Below, in pieces: positions 1 through 13,106 of a stretch of DNA of 63,885 nucleotides (positions within the stretch are counted from its first letter, which is position 1; the number at the start of each line of letters is the position of its first letter). Location of the stretch: positions 24,924,116 through 24,988,000 of the forward strand of contig NC_135771.1 in NCBI RefSeq assembly GCF_052425735.1. The letters run 5' to 3'. The stretch is from Oculina patagonica (lineage: Eukaryota). The notes under the pieces are model-generated. The model made no database searches and was not told the origin of the DNA. It saw only the letters and a list, made by a program, of their open reading frames with translations. Both the position numbers and the translations under genes were made by a program.

Positions 1-140
1 GGGGGGGCCCCCCCCCCCATATTTTTTGTCCCCCCCCCCCCCCCATCTAAAGCGCGCGCCCGAACTGAATTTTTTATCCCTTTAAGACGTACACCAATCA
101 CAACCTCTTTTACTAGCTACTGAACTAATCATAGAGCTAC

Positions 141-272
141 AATAGGCTACTTTCAATATATTAAAATTTATCTTGACAACGAGGCCAAGAAAAAAGAAAG
201 GAATGAACATGATTGATTATGTCTTCTAGGCCTCGCTCCCAACTGAATTTTAAAATATTGAAAGTAACCTAT
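141..272. mobile_element. Small palindromic MITE
   Basis: Ends aataggctactttcaatatattaaaatt ... aattttaaaatattgaaagtaacctatt are inverted repeats. A related left end occurs at ~19302. Confidence 0.55.
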
Positions 273-836
273 TGCAGGTTGACATGTTTAACTTGGCATG
301 CTGGAAAAACGGCGTTTTTAATTCATTTAAAGGCTGACGTGGGTTCCCCTTACAGTTTGCTTCTCACACTTCGCGCTTAGTGAGAGAGGAAAAGTTACAA
401 AGGTTTGAATTTCAGAGGAGGCATATAGCTCGCCATTGGAAACTTCTAATTCCATCCGTCTGCCTACAAAGCCCACTACTCCTCCCCCACTGATATAAGT
501 CCTCCAATGCAAACTCCAATACGACAGGTACGGAGGTCATCGCTGCGTGAAGGTAGGCTGGTCGCCAATGCTTCAGTTCTCAAGAAATTCACTTAAAGAC
601 AGAATACACGTCAACTGCATGGGAAGCTATATATAGTATATGTATGTACATGGTCAGTGGGATGACTTGCCGTTGCCAAAGTGACTGGGCCCGTGGAATG
701 GGAAATAAGGGTGTTTGTTCGCCCGGGCCCCGGTGAGAATAGTGTGGAAAGCAACAACAACAAAGACAGCGACTATAACAACAAAACCAGCTACGGCTGA
801 GGTGGTTTCCTCCTCGTAAACGTAAACAGTAAATTT

Positions 837-837
<1 letters not shown>

Positions 838-868
<31 letters not shown>
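838..868 (+). repeat. (CAA)n microsatellite
   Basis: About 10 tandem ACA/CAA units. Confidence 0.9.
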
Positions 869-1499
869 AAATTTATTTACATCACAGGAAATTCTTCCAT
901 ATACTAAAAACTCAACGACACAGTAATTTACAATAATTTAAGGTTACTCATAAAATACTGTCGACTACTAGGGATGTCTTAAGATACACTATGTATATCA
1001 TGCGTTTATAATGCATTTATTATATGGCTACAATAGTACGCGCGCTCTGATTGGCTGCTGAGCGGGCATTATTTTCTTGTAATGACCGGGCATTGTGAAA
1101 ATTTTTCTCGCCTCGACGGTTTTTTTGAGTTGTGAGTAAAAGCTACTAGCGAGGGGGCAAAAACAACAAAAAATGCCGACAAAATGTAACTATCTTTTCA
1201 ATAACTGAAAGAAAAACATAACCATACCGATACTTCTTTAGTATGAGCGACGAAGAGAGCCATAGAAAGCGAGAGCGAGTTTTACCTCCAGTGTTTTTTC
1301 CCTTGATTATACTCTTTTTTTTGAATAGTGCTTAAAGGCCATATAATAAATAACTTATTAACCTCGTCCGTTCGGACATTACAGGGGAATCTCAGACCTC
1401 GACCTTGATGTTTTGACCTCGCTGTCGCTCGGTCAATACATCAGGGCGGGGGCCCCGTTCCCCTTGTACTCACTCTCGGTTAATAAGTAGTATTTATTT

Positions 1500-1985
1500 G
1501 AAAATAAAGCTGAACTTGATATTGTATTAACGATTTTGTCTTTGGAAACTGACTTCCACAAAAATGTTTTACATGTAAACGGCTTTCGGACTGTTTGGAG
1601 ATTGTTTCGTCTGCCCTGCGGACTCCTCATTAGGTTTGTCATTTATTGCCCTAGATATGGAAGAAGCTGGTTTAAGACTGATAGGACAATGATCTGAATA
1701 TTGGGTTATCGATTGCACTTCAAATCCGAGTAGTGAATTTAGGAGTTCTTCGCTCGCTATTCCGTAGTCAAAAGTGCTAGTTCCCGTTCCTGATATGAAG
1801 AGATAACCCGTTAACCTACCATTCAAAATTCGTAACCTGTTTCCTATGCAAAGGCGTAAACGTTTTCCTCCGACTTTGTTCACGGTAAAATCTGCATTAT
1901 TTCGCTTCGGAGAATGTTTGTCCAGGCAATGACGGCTATTTGGTGTTACCAGATCATGCCTTTCGTTTTCTATGAAGTCATTTAA
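1500..1985 (-). mobile_element. Degenerate non-LTR retrotransposon (LINE) APE endonuclease fragment
   Basis: ORF 1569..1883 reads LC...LRILNGR...G...G.S.FDY...SDHCPI, the C-terminal motifs of LINE apurinic endonucleases. No RT follows. Confidence 0.75.
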
Positions 1986-2630
1986 ACCCTATTCAGACCG
2001 GGCTTTTTGGATCTTTTCAGACCAGGAGGGGCCTCCCTCCGTTACTTCCAGAATATTAATTTAAGCAATCACAATGAAATTTGAAGATATATAGCAAGTC
2101 CGAAAATCTATCTTTTGATCTACGTCACGTGAGATGGTGACGTTATATTACGTGGCAATTACATCATGATGTTAAAACAGCCGCCATCTTTGATCCGCCA
2201 TCTTGGATGTCAAAATTTTTCCAAAACGTCAGAAAACAGCTCAAAATTACTGAAAAATAATTTAAATCAATAAACTGTACGGTGAAAAAAATGAAATGGT
2301 GAAAATAATTGCACTAAAGTCAATTTTCATTAAAAGGAACACAAAAATCACAAATTTGGGGAAAAATGTCTCTCAAAATGCCGTTGTCGTGGTAACGTCA
2401 AGTTACCGACACAAAAAACTATCCTACCTAGTTATTTCCAGATACATCTTAGAGAAACACGCAAAGTTTGGCAGCGTCTAGATGTTATAAGTTAGTTGTT
2501 ATAAGTTATAAGCGTCAAAGTCAACGTGGGCACCCCCTCGCCCCCGGATTGGAAAGGAATCATGTTCCCATTCCAGCATTAAAAATCTCCAAACGAAATA
2601 ATGTGACCTTGAGCAGAATATTAACAACCA

Positions 2631-3551
2631 TTAGGCCACCTCGCCTTCATTTGGGTAAATTGAGTTATTTGAAAACTTTAACTCCTTGAAAAGCTTCTTA
2701 ACCCCTTCTCTGAATCTCTTGTACCGAATGACGTAGACAATCGGGTTGAGAAACACAGAGATTTTGGCAAATATGGCAGGTATAGTAGAAGCCAGTGGAG
2801 ATATGTGCTCAGGTTTACCAAAAACAAAGTAAAACGACACGACGCCATAGGGCGTCCAAACCACGATAAAACTAGCTATCATAATGAAAGCAGTCAGAGC
2901 CACTTTCTTTTGACCAAGCACAACCTCTAATGTTTGCTGCGCCTCGTTACCCCATTCACGTTTTCCCCTTTTTACCATTTGGTGTAAATCGTAGAAGATA
3001 ATGGCGTACGAAACAACTATGGAAACAATAGGAGCTAAAAAGAAAATGACAAAAATGCAAATGATGTACGAAAAATCAACGATTTCGACTGACCGCCATT
3101 TTATTGAGCATATGGCGCCTTCTTCGCCGTAAGATGACCAGCCAAACAGTGGAAGGATGCCCAACAGTGCGGCAAATCCCCAGAGGAAAGCGATGATTTT
3201 AAGCATCTGTTTGCGAGTGAGATCTGCTGTCATTGGGTGATGGGTTTTCCAGCATTTCTCAACTGCAAGGACCGTGTGATGTAACATGGTACCGAAGCCA
3301 ACGATGGCATTTACGCATGCGTACAAACTGCATCCACTTATACCAAATGGCCACGTACCGCGGAAGTTTGCAACTGCACTAAAAGGCATCACAAATACAG
3401 CCAACAAGCCGTCTGCTATGGCGATGCTTAGGATTGGGAGATCTGATACTGTGAGAAGATGTCGGTTCTTGTTGAAAGTCAAAATTGTGATAGTGTTGAG
3501 TATGAATCCAGGCGCAATCAGGCAAATGTAGATCCACGTTACAAATATCAT
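2631..3551 (-). CDS. Anthozoan-type opsin (7TM GPCR), intronless CDS, 306 aa
   Basis: Seven hydrophobic segments; TM3 Cys (GCSLY); GWSSYGEEG ECL2 with the E181 equivalent; WTPY in TM6; PAIFAK with the retinal-binding Lys296 equivalent; NPIVY...KRFR. Probable 5'UTR intron acceptor at 3712-3713. Confidence 0.92.
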   Translation of the reverse strand: MIFVTWIYICLIAPGFILNTITILTFNKNRHLLTVSDLPILSIAIADGLLAVFVMPFSAVANFRGTWPFGISGCSLYACVNAIVGFGTMLHHTVLAVEKCWKTHHPMTADLTRKQMLKIIAFLWGFAALLGILPLFGWSSYGEEGAICSIKWRSVEIVDFSYIICIFVIFFLAPIVSIVVSYAIIFYDLHQMVKRGKREWGNEAQQTLEVVLGQKKVALTAFIMIASFIVVWTPYGVVSFYFVFGKPEHISPLASTIPAIFAKISVFLNPIVYVIRYKRFREGVKKLFKELKFSNNSIYPNEGEVA

Positions 3552-6500
3552 TGTTATTTCTCAAGTTCTTTGACGTGAAGTGATATGTTCCTACATTTCT
3601 GGGTTATTATAATTATTGCCTTTCTTCTCCTTTCTTATTTTCCTTTTAACTTGTAATATGAATGTTCTTCTTACCCTTGTACCGAAAACTGATACCCAAT
3701 AGTGGACAAATCTGAAAGAAAAGAAATGGACTCATTTTTACATTGCTAAATAAATAAAGCCTAAAGATCGTATTATTACATAAACTGCAGCGAATTATAC
3801 AAATTTATGATATAGACGCGAGTGCTTTACTGGAAAATAGACAACTGATAAAATTCATACGAAATAACATCCGGGACCGTAGCGGCGTATTTTTCCATAT
3901 CCTCTCTTGTGATCATATTGATGACGTCATTTCGCGCAATTCCACGGCTACCAAACTTTGCCAAACGCCGGTTGAAAGATAAAGAGTGGTAGATAAGTTA
4001 TAGCCAACTCGGCGTTACGCGCCTCGTTGGCTATCTACCATGCATCTCATATTCAACGCGTGCTCATGGAATAATTCCTTCACTTCATAAGAGCCATGAG
4101 CGACGTTGCGATGTAACCACGCCTTCTTCACCTAAGAGCCCACGGAAGTAATGTACCGGAAGTAAAGGTTGGCAGGAAACTTACTTACAAGAGGCTGGGA
4201 ATGACTTACGTAACAGGCTACATAAACCAATTCGTTTTTGCAAAATAAATATCCCTTTTTAACTGAAAAATAAAATGCTTCGAAATTTTAAAGGATTCGT
4301 AACCTGTCTACGATTTTGAACATCCACGAATTCTCGATCCCAATAGCTAAACAATCTGTTTATGAGTTCAGTATTGGTTCAGTATTGGTTCAGAAATACG
4401 TGACTCGCCGCTTTCTGTACCTTGCAAATAAACATACATTGGTTTAAAAAAAGTAGGCAAACAACCAAGAAAACAAAACAAAATAAACAGCTACAAATAA
4501 ACAGCCAAATCTATTAACAAACCAGGTGGAGTTGAATCCGAGCCTGCTCTGAAATTCCCTTTACCTCGCCGGTTGGAAATTATACAATTTATCAGTGTGC
4601 GTTCTATTCACACTTAAATGAAATTTAATTTAAATGTTTTTCCCCTGGCCAAAATTCCAAATTAAGTACTATCGGTACCGAAAAAAAATTCCTATTTAGA
4701 TTGCTGTTAATGTAACGGAGGCGTTCGTTTAGGACGAAATAAAAAAAAATACCCTTAATTATGCACCCTGCAAAAAATCAACCAGGACAATACTGTCTGC
4801 CAAAATTTTCGACACATCCCTGAAAACTATTTTTGAAAAATAGTTTTCACAACCTCATGATCCAAAAACCATTAAGATTATTACCTCCTTTCGTTTAAAC
4901 CTTTTCTCACTGGTAATCTTGTACCTTTTTACCGTCCACGAGCAAAGATACCAAATTTTCTCGCAAAATTTACCAAACGTAACAATTTTTTTGCTTTTCG
5001 CGTCGAGCCGACGAAAAATGCGAAACAGTTTTATCGGTGTCTGTGACGTAAATGATTTTAAACCAATCACAGCATGACTTATTTTTCGTGAGACATATAT
5101 GAACGGAGTAGGCTGAAAATCTGTCCTTGCTTAGAGACTTTTCTGTTGAGCTTTCGAATAGGTAGATCCCCTGATGAAGGAAACGGTTCTGTAAGGCAAA
5201 AAAATGACTTCCCTGTACTGACGCGAAGTCTCTCGATTTTCACTGTGTCAGTTGAGCACGTCATTGCGCAGGAAAATCTCTTCACACGAAGAAGACGTTT
5301 AGCGCGAGGTTTTTCCCTTCCCCGCCCCTTTTTACCATAACGGTTGTTAATTTTGAATTCAAATCTAGACGTTTTTTTTTCCTTTCAATATAGTACGGGC
5401 CCTGAAAAAAACTAGTTGAAACGATTTCTTTGAAATCATTTTGGCTTCTTTTTATATAATTATTCAAACATTTTTCTTTTTTTCTTTTTTTTGTCATATG
5501 AAAGGGGTGTTAAAGGGGGGGATCTGGATCACCTTTCACAGAAAATATTTCGTTCCTTATTTGTTCTATGAGAGGGTGTTAATTATAAAGGGGGATCTGG
5601 AAATTTCATACAATCATGTTGTAACTTGTGAGATTTTGAAACATTACTTCCAAAGTACTGCCTTGCATAACATTTTCATCATCTGGCCGCTTCTTTTACA
5701 GAAAATCTCTGGCCCCCCCCCCCCCCCCAATTCGTATTAAGTCCTCCCCAAAAAATAGCCCAGGCAATTATGAGCCCAGGGTTTATTTTCGGAATTTTTA
5801 CCGTTAATAAAAATCACAGTTCACAGCGAATTAGCATTTAATTTTTTTTTCCCCCTTTTTTTTTTTGAAAAGTCAGGTTTTACGGCAAGCAAGAAAATCA
5901 CAATACGGGGGAAAGAATAAACCATTTTTTTTTTTAGGGGGTGTTAATTATTAAACCGGATTGTTTAGGTGGGGGGGGGGGGCCACTAATATCATTGAGG
6001 GGAGGGGCACTACTTTTGGTGCGTCCAGTTATGGGGGGCCATTACTTTGAGTTTCAAGGACAGTTTTTAACATATTTTAGTGTGATTAAAGGGACAAGTG
6101 AATAAATAAACAAGTAGGTTCATAAATAAATAAATAAAGCAGTTAATTCCTACCATTACTGGAATGGGCCAAGCATTTAATCAATAGTGTATATGACCGT
6201 CCCAAACCAAATATGTTGCTAGAGTTTAATTTAGTTCCAGCAGTTCAAATATTTTTTATCATTAAGCGATAATAAGGGTGATCATAATCTATTCTGGAAG
6301 GGCCATTTTGTTGTTCGAATCGAGAAGGCAGAATCTAGGAGGAAATGTTCTTACCCGCCATAAAATTATTGGGAGTAACAAGGCCACCTTAGACGGCACA
6401 CAGCTTTTTTCAATCCAAAGCTCCTCTGGGTTTGCGAACACCAACAACAAAAAAAATAAAAAAAAAAAAAAAAAAAAGGAAAAAATGCCGGTAATATAAA

Positions 6501-6622
6501 CCGCTGAGAACTTTTTACGGGAACAAAAGCTGTGTTTCTGGATATTTTAAGGGAACAGGGATCACAAAAGTTGTTAAAATATTTTTAGGGAACAATGGGA
6601 ACACATTTTGAATTTAGATCGT

Positions 6623-6661
<39 letters not shown>

Positions 6662-7455
6662 ATTTTGGGGGGAACAAGGGAACATGGACCCCCCGTATGG
6701 GGCTCATGTTTTTTATATATTTGGGGGGGGAGGGCATAGAAGTTTTAAGGTATCTCTCGTGGGTCTTTACTTAGGTTTCTTTGTCCGAGGGGGTTGGAAA
6801 ATTAAAAGTCATAAAAATTGCCGGCCCCGCCCCAAACCGTCCTTCAAACCATAAATAATGGAAAAAGCCATCGCGAATCACCAAAATACCCTTTACCACC
6901 CTCATATGAATGGTTCATCATCGTTTTTTGGACCACCATTTTTCCTTTTTTTCCTTTTTACTCATTTCTCCTTGCCCTTGGCCTTCCTTCGGCTGTTTAT
7001 AGGCCTTTACAACCATTCTTGATCCCCACGATGGCTCCCCCTTGTAGCCTGCGGGCGGGCTCTCTATTCGGGGGCACCGTGTTTCTCTCTCCGCGCGCCG
7101 AGGGGTCCGGGGGCCCCGCCGCCGGGGCGGGGCCCCCCCCCCGGGGGGGCGCGCGGGGGGGGCGGGGGGGGGGGGGGGGGGGGAGACTTTCACCCCCCCC
7201 CGAGAGAGCGCGCCCGGCGGTTTTCTTCCATCTTTGGAGATCGGAAATACTGGGTCCCAGTCCTACGCTTCCTCAATCATCCGAGTAACCCTCCCCCCAG
7301 TATTTCAGCATCACGCGACTTCTCGATGGTGATGTGACTCGGCGTTCGTCGCTGAATTTATATTTTGTTTCTAATCGTTTATGTGTATTTATCGAACCGG
7401 TGCTCGTCTAAGACGTTTACAAAGAAGAAATCTGTCATTTTGTGTTAAAATCGCA

Positions 7456-8471
7456 ATGGAAACTATCGCGTTAAACAATGGTAGATCGATTCCAACGGTG
7501 GGCCTAGGAACTTGGAAAAGTAAACCGGGCGAGGTCGCCAATGCTGTGAAATTTGCGATACAGGCTGGATACAGGCATATTGATTGCGCAGCAGTGTATG
7601 GCAATGAAAAGGAAGTAGGAGAAGCTCTTAAGTCTTGCATTGGATCCACGGTAGGAAATAAAAGCGTACGTCTGTGTGGAGAAAAGGAAGAAGGACCCGA
7701 AAACCGGGGGTAGGGAAAAAGTTTGAGGGGGGAGAGGGTACCCAATGCAATAGTGTTTTAAGGGCTAGTCAAAGTGGCAGTGTTGCCAATGTATAGCCTC
7801 AAAGTGAAATTTTATTGATGACTTTTTATAGTATACTAATTGCTTAGTTATAGGTGCTGAATCACAGTCCATGTAGTACAGATGAGAGTAGTTGGTGTGC
7901 GGCCATAGTGTGCAGTCAAGCCTCTCAAAAATTTCTTTGCACCCTGATGGGAGAATTCTAATGTCTTGAGCCCCTGGTTTCTCAAAACTCCTGTTTTCTC
8001 GACCCAATTTTCAGGGTGCATTCCGTGTACACGCCACGCTGAAGATATGCCAATTTTTTTTTTCGGTCTACCTCAAGGTCCTTTATTATTCATACCTAAA
8101 ATAAGTCATCTGTATGCCAGTTAAAAGGTGCCGGTTGCGATCATACACTAGTACCCCACGCAATTTTGAAATCCACCCCAAAGTTCTTCAGCGTAACCTA
8201 CGTAGAATGCAACCTGGCCCAATTTTCATTTCCCAAGGATAGTACTTTTCTGTAACTTTACCCGTGATTGCTCAAACCTCTCGATTTCTCAAACCAAGTT
8301 TCGTTTTCCCTGGAGGTTCAAAAAATTGGGATTCTACTGTAATTACTATTGTTGGTTTTCACTGTCACGCAATCAAAAAATAAATTTAAAACCATTCAAC
8401 TACAGAAGCTATGAATTTCAAATATTATAGATGATAAATAGATAAACAATTTCTCCAAGTTTCAGGTCTGT

Positions 8472-8504
<33 letters not shown>

Positions 8505-11500
8505 AAGGCTAGTAAAAATGCAGTTTTGGCTAGCAGCTTTTGGCCTTTCACTAGCCAAAATAGCTAGTGAAAAAATCAGGCATTAGTGGCAAGAAACTGC
8601 ATTTATTAAAATCGTATCTCAGAGAATAATTATAACTAACAAGTAAACTGTTGACATTATAGAATGTAAAGCTTTAAACAAAATTCTAGTTGACAAAAAC
8701 ACATGTACATGTACAATTTTTTATAGTGAAGAACAAAGCCCAATTTTTAAGGGAAAAAAACGTGAAGATTTAAGGAACATTTTACGGCTCAAGGTTTAAA
8801 CATTATCGGACATTGTTTTCACCCCCACCACCCTAAAAAAAAAGAACTATGCTTAAAATTGTGGCTAGTAGAAAATACGTTTTGGCTAGTGAAATCAAAA
8901 GCTGTCACTAGCCACTTGGCTAGTTAGCCAAAAAGTTAGTCTCAAGCCCTGTCTGTGTGGTGTACCGTTCGCAAGTTATTTGCCAAACCTTTCCACGCAA
9001 ATTTACAAAGCTTAGTATGGAGCCGCCATAACTGTGTCCTGCCGAGGGACACAGTAATGGCCGCCGTGATGTCAGAGAAACCATCTGGAACTCAATTCTG
9101 TTTGCAACAGCGGCTATCTTTGGCTCATGAGCTAGTACAGTTTTACATAAACACAACTTATTATATCTGAAATGTTCAATCTGCTGAAAATGGAAAGGAA
9201 AGGCCTTTTTTCAAACAAAACAGCTTTGTCAGGGCACTCAGCTTGATGTCACATACAATGGAGAACTCAAATATTCAAAATGCTCTGTTTAAAAAACGAA
9301 TGACACTATCGATCTGGAAATTTGCAAAAAGATATATTTTTAGTTTATCTTACGTCTATTGACAACGAAAATTTAGTAGGCCTTGTGAATTTTGATTTCA
9401 GAATTTTATGACGTAACATGAATTTATATTTCAAGTGTGTCAAAACAGGCTAAGCTTTTGCATGTTAATCCGTTTACAGGTAAAAAGGGAAGATCTGTTC
9501 ATCACATCTAAACTGTGGAACACAAAACACAATCCCAATGATGTGCGCTCTGCTTTGATGGGCACTCTTGGTGACCTTGGGCTAGATTATCTTGACCTTT
9601 ACCTCATTCACTGGCCCACAGCCTTGCAAGATGGTGATGTGCCGTTTCCTAAGGATGATAAAGGGAATCTGATCTATGCCTATCATGATCTGTGTGATAC
9701 TTGGAAAGCTATGGAAGCACTTGTGGATGATGGGCTTGTCAGAGCAATTGGTAATGATTTCTTTTTCCTGTTAACTTTGTGTAATCGTAGGTCATTAAAT
9801 CTGTGTAATCGGCAGGTTAAATGGTCTAGTGGTTAGCATGCTGGACTCCTGAGTCCTGGCCAGGGTCACTCCAAAACACTGTGTCCTTGGGCATGACACT
9901 TTTACTCTCAAAATGCCTCTCAATCTTCCCCCAGGTGTATTAATGGGTACTGTTGAATTTAATGCTGGGGAGAACCCTGCAATAGACTAGCATCCCATCA
10001 AAGAAGTAGTAGAAATACTAATGCTATGAAAACTGGGATAAGCTTCAGTCTGATGGGCCACTAGGCTCCAATGCAGACTTTAGCGAGCGAGCGAGCGAGC
10101 CGTCTTATTGTTAAATAGACAACCCTGGGTGCTTACAGTGCAAGTGAAATTGATAAAATCACAGACCAATACTATTAAGAAACCACTTTCACTGAACATT
10201 TTGTTGAGTAGATAGGTCACTGGGTTGTGCTAAAACAATTAGACGACTTTCTCTCTGTTTCTATCAACTTTTACTAGCTATCAGCTGATAGAAACTTCAA
10301 GATTGCCATCTAATTGTTAATTAGTCAACTTGACCATGGGTTGTAGTTTTTCGCTCATAAAAAGCACAAGCCTCCTGTATTTATTTAATATCCTATAGCC
10401 AAGTCATCCCAAGTTTCTGATTGTTTACTTTTTTTAGGTTTGTCAAATTTTAACAGCAAACAAGTTGATGACATCATAGCCAGCGGCAAAATAAAGCCAG
10501 CTGTTTTACAAGTAGAGTGTCATCCTTACCTGAATCAAGCTGACCTAATTAAACACTGCAAAGAGCGAGGTGTTGTAGGTTAGTGCATTTCTTGTATTCA
10601 AATTCATAGATAATAGGAACATGTAATTTAGTAATTTCCTTAGTAATTACCATATTTATTTTAAACCTTGAGAGTGGGTGCTTATTCAAGGCTGGGGGTT
10701 ATTAAAAGTTCACCATTTCCAGCAAGTAGTAAGTTTATTTTGCAACAAAACAATAAATACCGGTAATAACAAAACGTGAAGATTCACCAAAGCAGAATGT
10801 TAACTCTTCTTTGAAAGTTTCTGTAAATTCTAAGAAATCTCGGTCTTCTGGGAAGTCTCCAGGGTTCAAAATAAAATTTCGTTTTTAGCCTGAATTTGTC
10901 GGCTTTTTTTGTCAAGGCTCATTTTTTCCCGGCTGTTAGAGAGCTATGCATTTCAAGGGACACAATCCATCTGCATACATGACGTACCCAGATGCATTCT
11001 GAGGCGATTTCAAACACAGTCGGCCATTTGTAAGTTTTCCGAAGTGATACAATATTTTACGGCAAAGCAAAAGAATGGATTGGAGCAATGTGACTTCTTT
11101 TCTTATTTTGAATGTTTGAGAAGCAAATAAGATCTTCAATATAATTTTCTGGAGGGACACAATACCTGAGAAGGTGGGGCAGCCCGTTATTCATCTTAAC
11201 ACAGAAATGAAGTCACCACATTGGCGACTAAACCGTAACTGAACCAGAAGTTTTCGTCGACAAAGATGAAATTTTGGTCGCATTAGCAACTATTGAGTCG
11301 CTCTTTCTAGCCCTGTAGCTGCTTTATTTTCTGATATGGAATGTTTACTTCAACATTACCGCAACTTTTATTTCAGTTGGCCGATCAAGGCATGATATTT
11401 TCTAATTCTTCGGTGAAAAGTAGCCGGCAAGTGTCGTCAGAATGCCGGCTACCGCCAACACCCGGCTGCTATTTTGAACCCTGGTCTCTTAGTAGTACTT

Positions 11501-13106
11501 AGTCGATTTCAATCTCATTGTGCACTAATCAATACTCCTCTTGTGCACTTACAGGGGGAGGGTGGGCACTTATTTTCGAGGCTGGGTGCTATTAACTTTT
11601 CCTACCTTCAGGGTGGGCGCTTATTCGAGGTGGGCACTAAATTGAGATTGGTCGCTTTATCAAATAAATATGGTATTTTAATTTATTATTATTTTGTTTG
11701 ATAGGTTTTAGTTAGTTTTAGTTAACAGGTGAAGAGCAATGCTTCGACGGGGCTAAAACTTAAAACTTCTGTGTTTAGGGGATCAAAGGCCATGTGGCCC
11801 CTTAGTGCATGCACACAGCCCATTGCTGTTACATTACTGGTAAAAAGAATTTGTTTGTTTGTTTGTTTTATACAGTTACAGCATACAGTCCCCTGGGATC
11901 ACCTGATCGTCCTTGGGCGAAACCAGGAGAACCTTTGCTAATGGATGATCCCAAGATGTTGGAGATTGCCAAGAAATACAACAAATCCCCAGCCCAGGTG
12001 TGCATCCGCTTTCAAGCACAGAGGGGTGTGTCTGTTATACCCAAGAGCGTAACACCTGCTCGCATTCAGAGCAACTTTGAAGTAAGTTACATGTAATTGT
12101 CAATTAAATATAATTGACCTGTTTGTACAGTGTATGTTGGTTTTAAAAGCTTAGTTCCTTGCCCTTGGGTTGGGGATTAGGCCACGGACAGTAGGAGCGC
12201 CGGCGCGGCGGGGCGGGGGGGCGCGCGAGGACACAAACGCGAACGCGAACCATTATAATTGTTAAAAGGTCTTGGAGAGTGTAGTAAAGTCGTATGAAAG
12301 AATTCATATTTGAACTGTGGATAGTGTTACACCAAGAAGGGAAATAATCTTTCTGCTAAATGCAAGCTGTGATCTCCATCACAATAAATTTTATTTTACT
12401 GTGCAATACAGTGTATTGTACTGCTGGGACACTTTCTCATTTCCTTTTTCTCCAGTGACAAAAAAAGAAACCTTTTCTACAGCATTTTAGGGGAGAAGAG
12501 GGGTTTAAGTGTTGGCCATTTACTGTAGTCCAAGAGATTTGGCTGAACTTGAAGTAAATGTTTAAAACAAAATAATATAACCTGGCTCATCATGTAGTCT
12601 TCTAAGCTCCTTTGTAGACGCTTTGTTTCCTTGTCACCCAATATTTGTGTGATGAGCCCAAAGAGGACCTATGATTTGACTTATCGCACAACATCTATTA
12701 CCATTAAGAGAAGAGAGTGACAACCCAAATTATGATGTACCAGGCACTTATACACATGTAGGCAACCAGCCTGAATTTCTGACAATTTTATGTATTTTAT
12801 TGCAGGTATTTGATTTTGAACTCTCTGTTGATGACATGAAGGTCATTGAATCCTTTAACAGACCTTGGAGAGCTTGTATTCCAATGGCAGAGGTAAATAA
12901 CAGTGGCTGAATATGTCTGTGTTGTAGATCTACAATGTTTACGTTGTCTTGGTGTATTTACAAATTCTCAGAACTGATATTTAAGGAAACATATGGCAGT
13001 TTGTTAGGAGAATTCATACTTTGATATGTTTATTTTTTAGGTTGATGGCAAGAAAGTTCCAAGAGATGGTGCCCATCCTCATTTCCCATTCCATATTCCA
13101 TTTTAA
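7456..13106 (+). CDS. Aldo-keto reductase family 1 (AKR1A1/AKR1B-like), 6 exons, 321 aa
   Basis: Exons 7456-7650, 9480-9750, 10438-10578, 11876-12081, 12806-12892, 13041-13106, all GT-AG and phase-consistent. Motifs [42 protein letters not shown]; the D/Y/K/H catalytic tetrad is intact. AATAAA at 13345. Confidence 0.95.
8472..8951. mobile_element. Non-autonomous DNA transposon, CAGGG...CCCTG ends, 5-bp TSD (hAT5-like)
   Basis: TIR cagggctcgagactaac / gttagtctcaagccctg; flanking tctgt duplicated; subterminal ctagcc repeats. Confidence 0.8.
9810..10082 (+). mobile_element. tRNA-derived SINE, diverged copy
   Basis: A-box-like tggtctagtggttagc, central ttgggcatgacactttactctc..., and 3' gactagcatccc...agacttt. 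Same family as the copy at 28665. Confidence 0.8.
10860..11483. mobile_element. Non-autonomous DNA transposon, 5-bp TSD (hAT5-like), nested in a Tc1/mariner-type MITE (~10650-11673)
   Basis: TIR cagggttcaaaata / tattttgaaccctg; perfect TSD gtctc. Host element ends are taccatatttattt / aaataaatatggta. Confidence 0.8.

Noticed and set aside
278-600. Possible exon or ORF near the window start
   Set aside because: All frames are short, with no recognisable motif or consistent splice structure.
5171-5190. CTGATGA...GAAAC hammerhead-like string
   Set aside because: No room for stem II and no supporting helices.
6621-7288. Gly/Pro-rich ORFs
   Set aside because: They arise from homopolymer runs in low-quality or repeat sequence.
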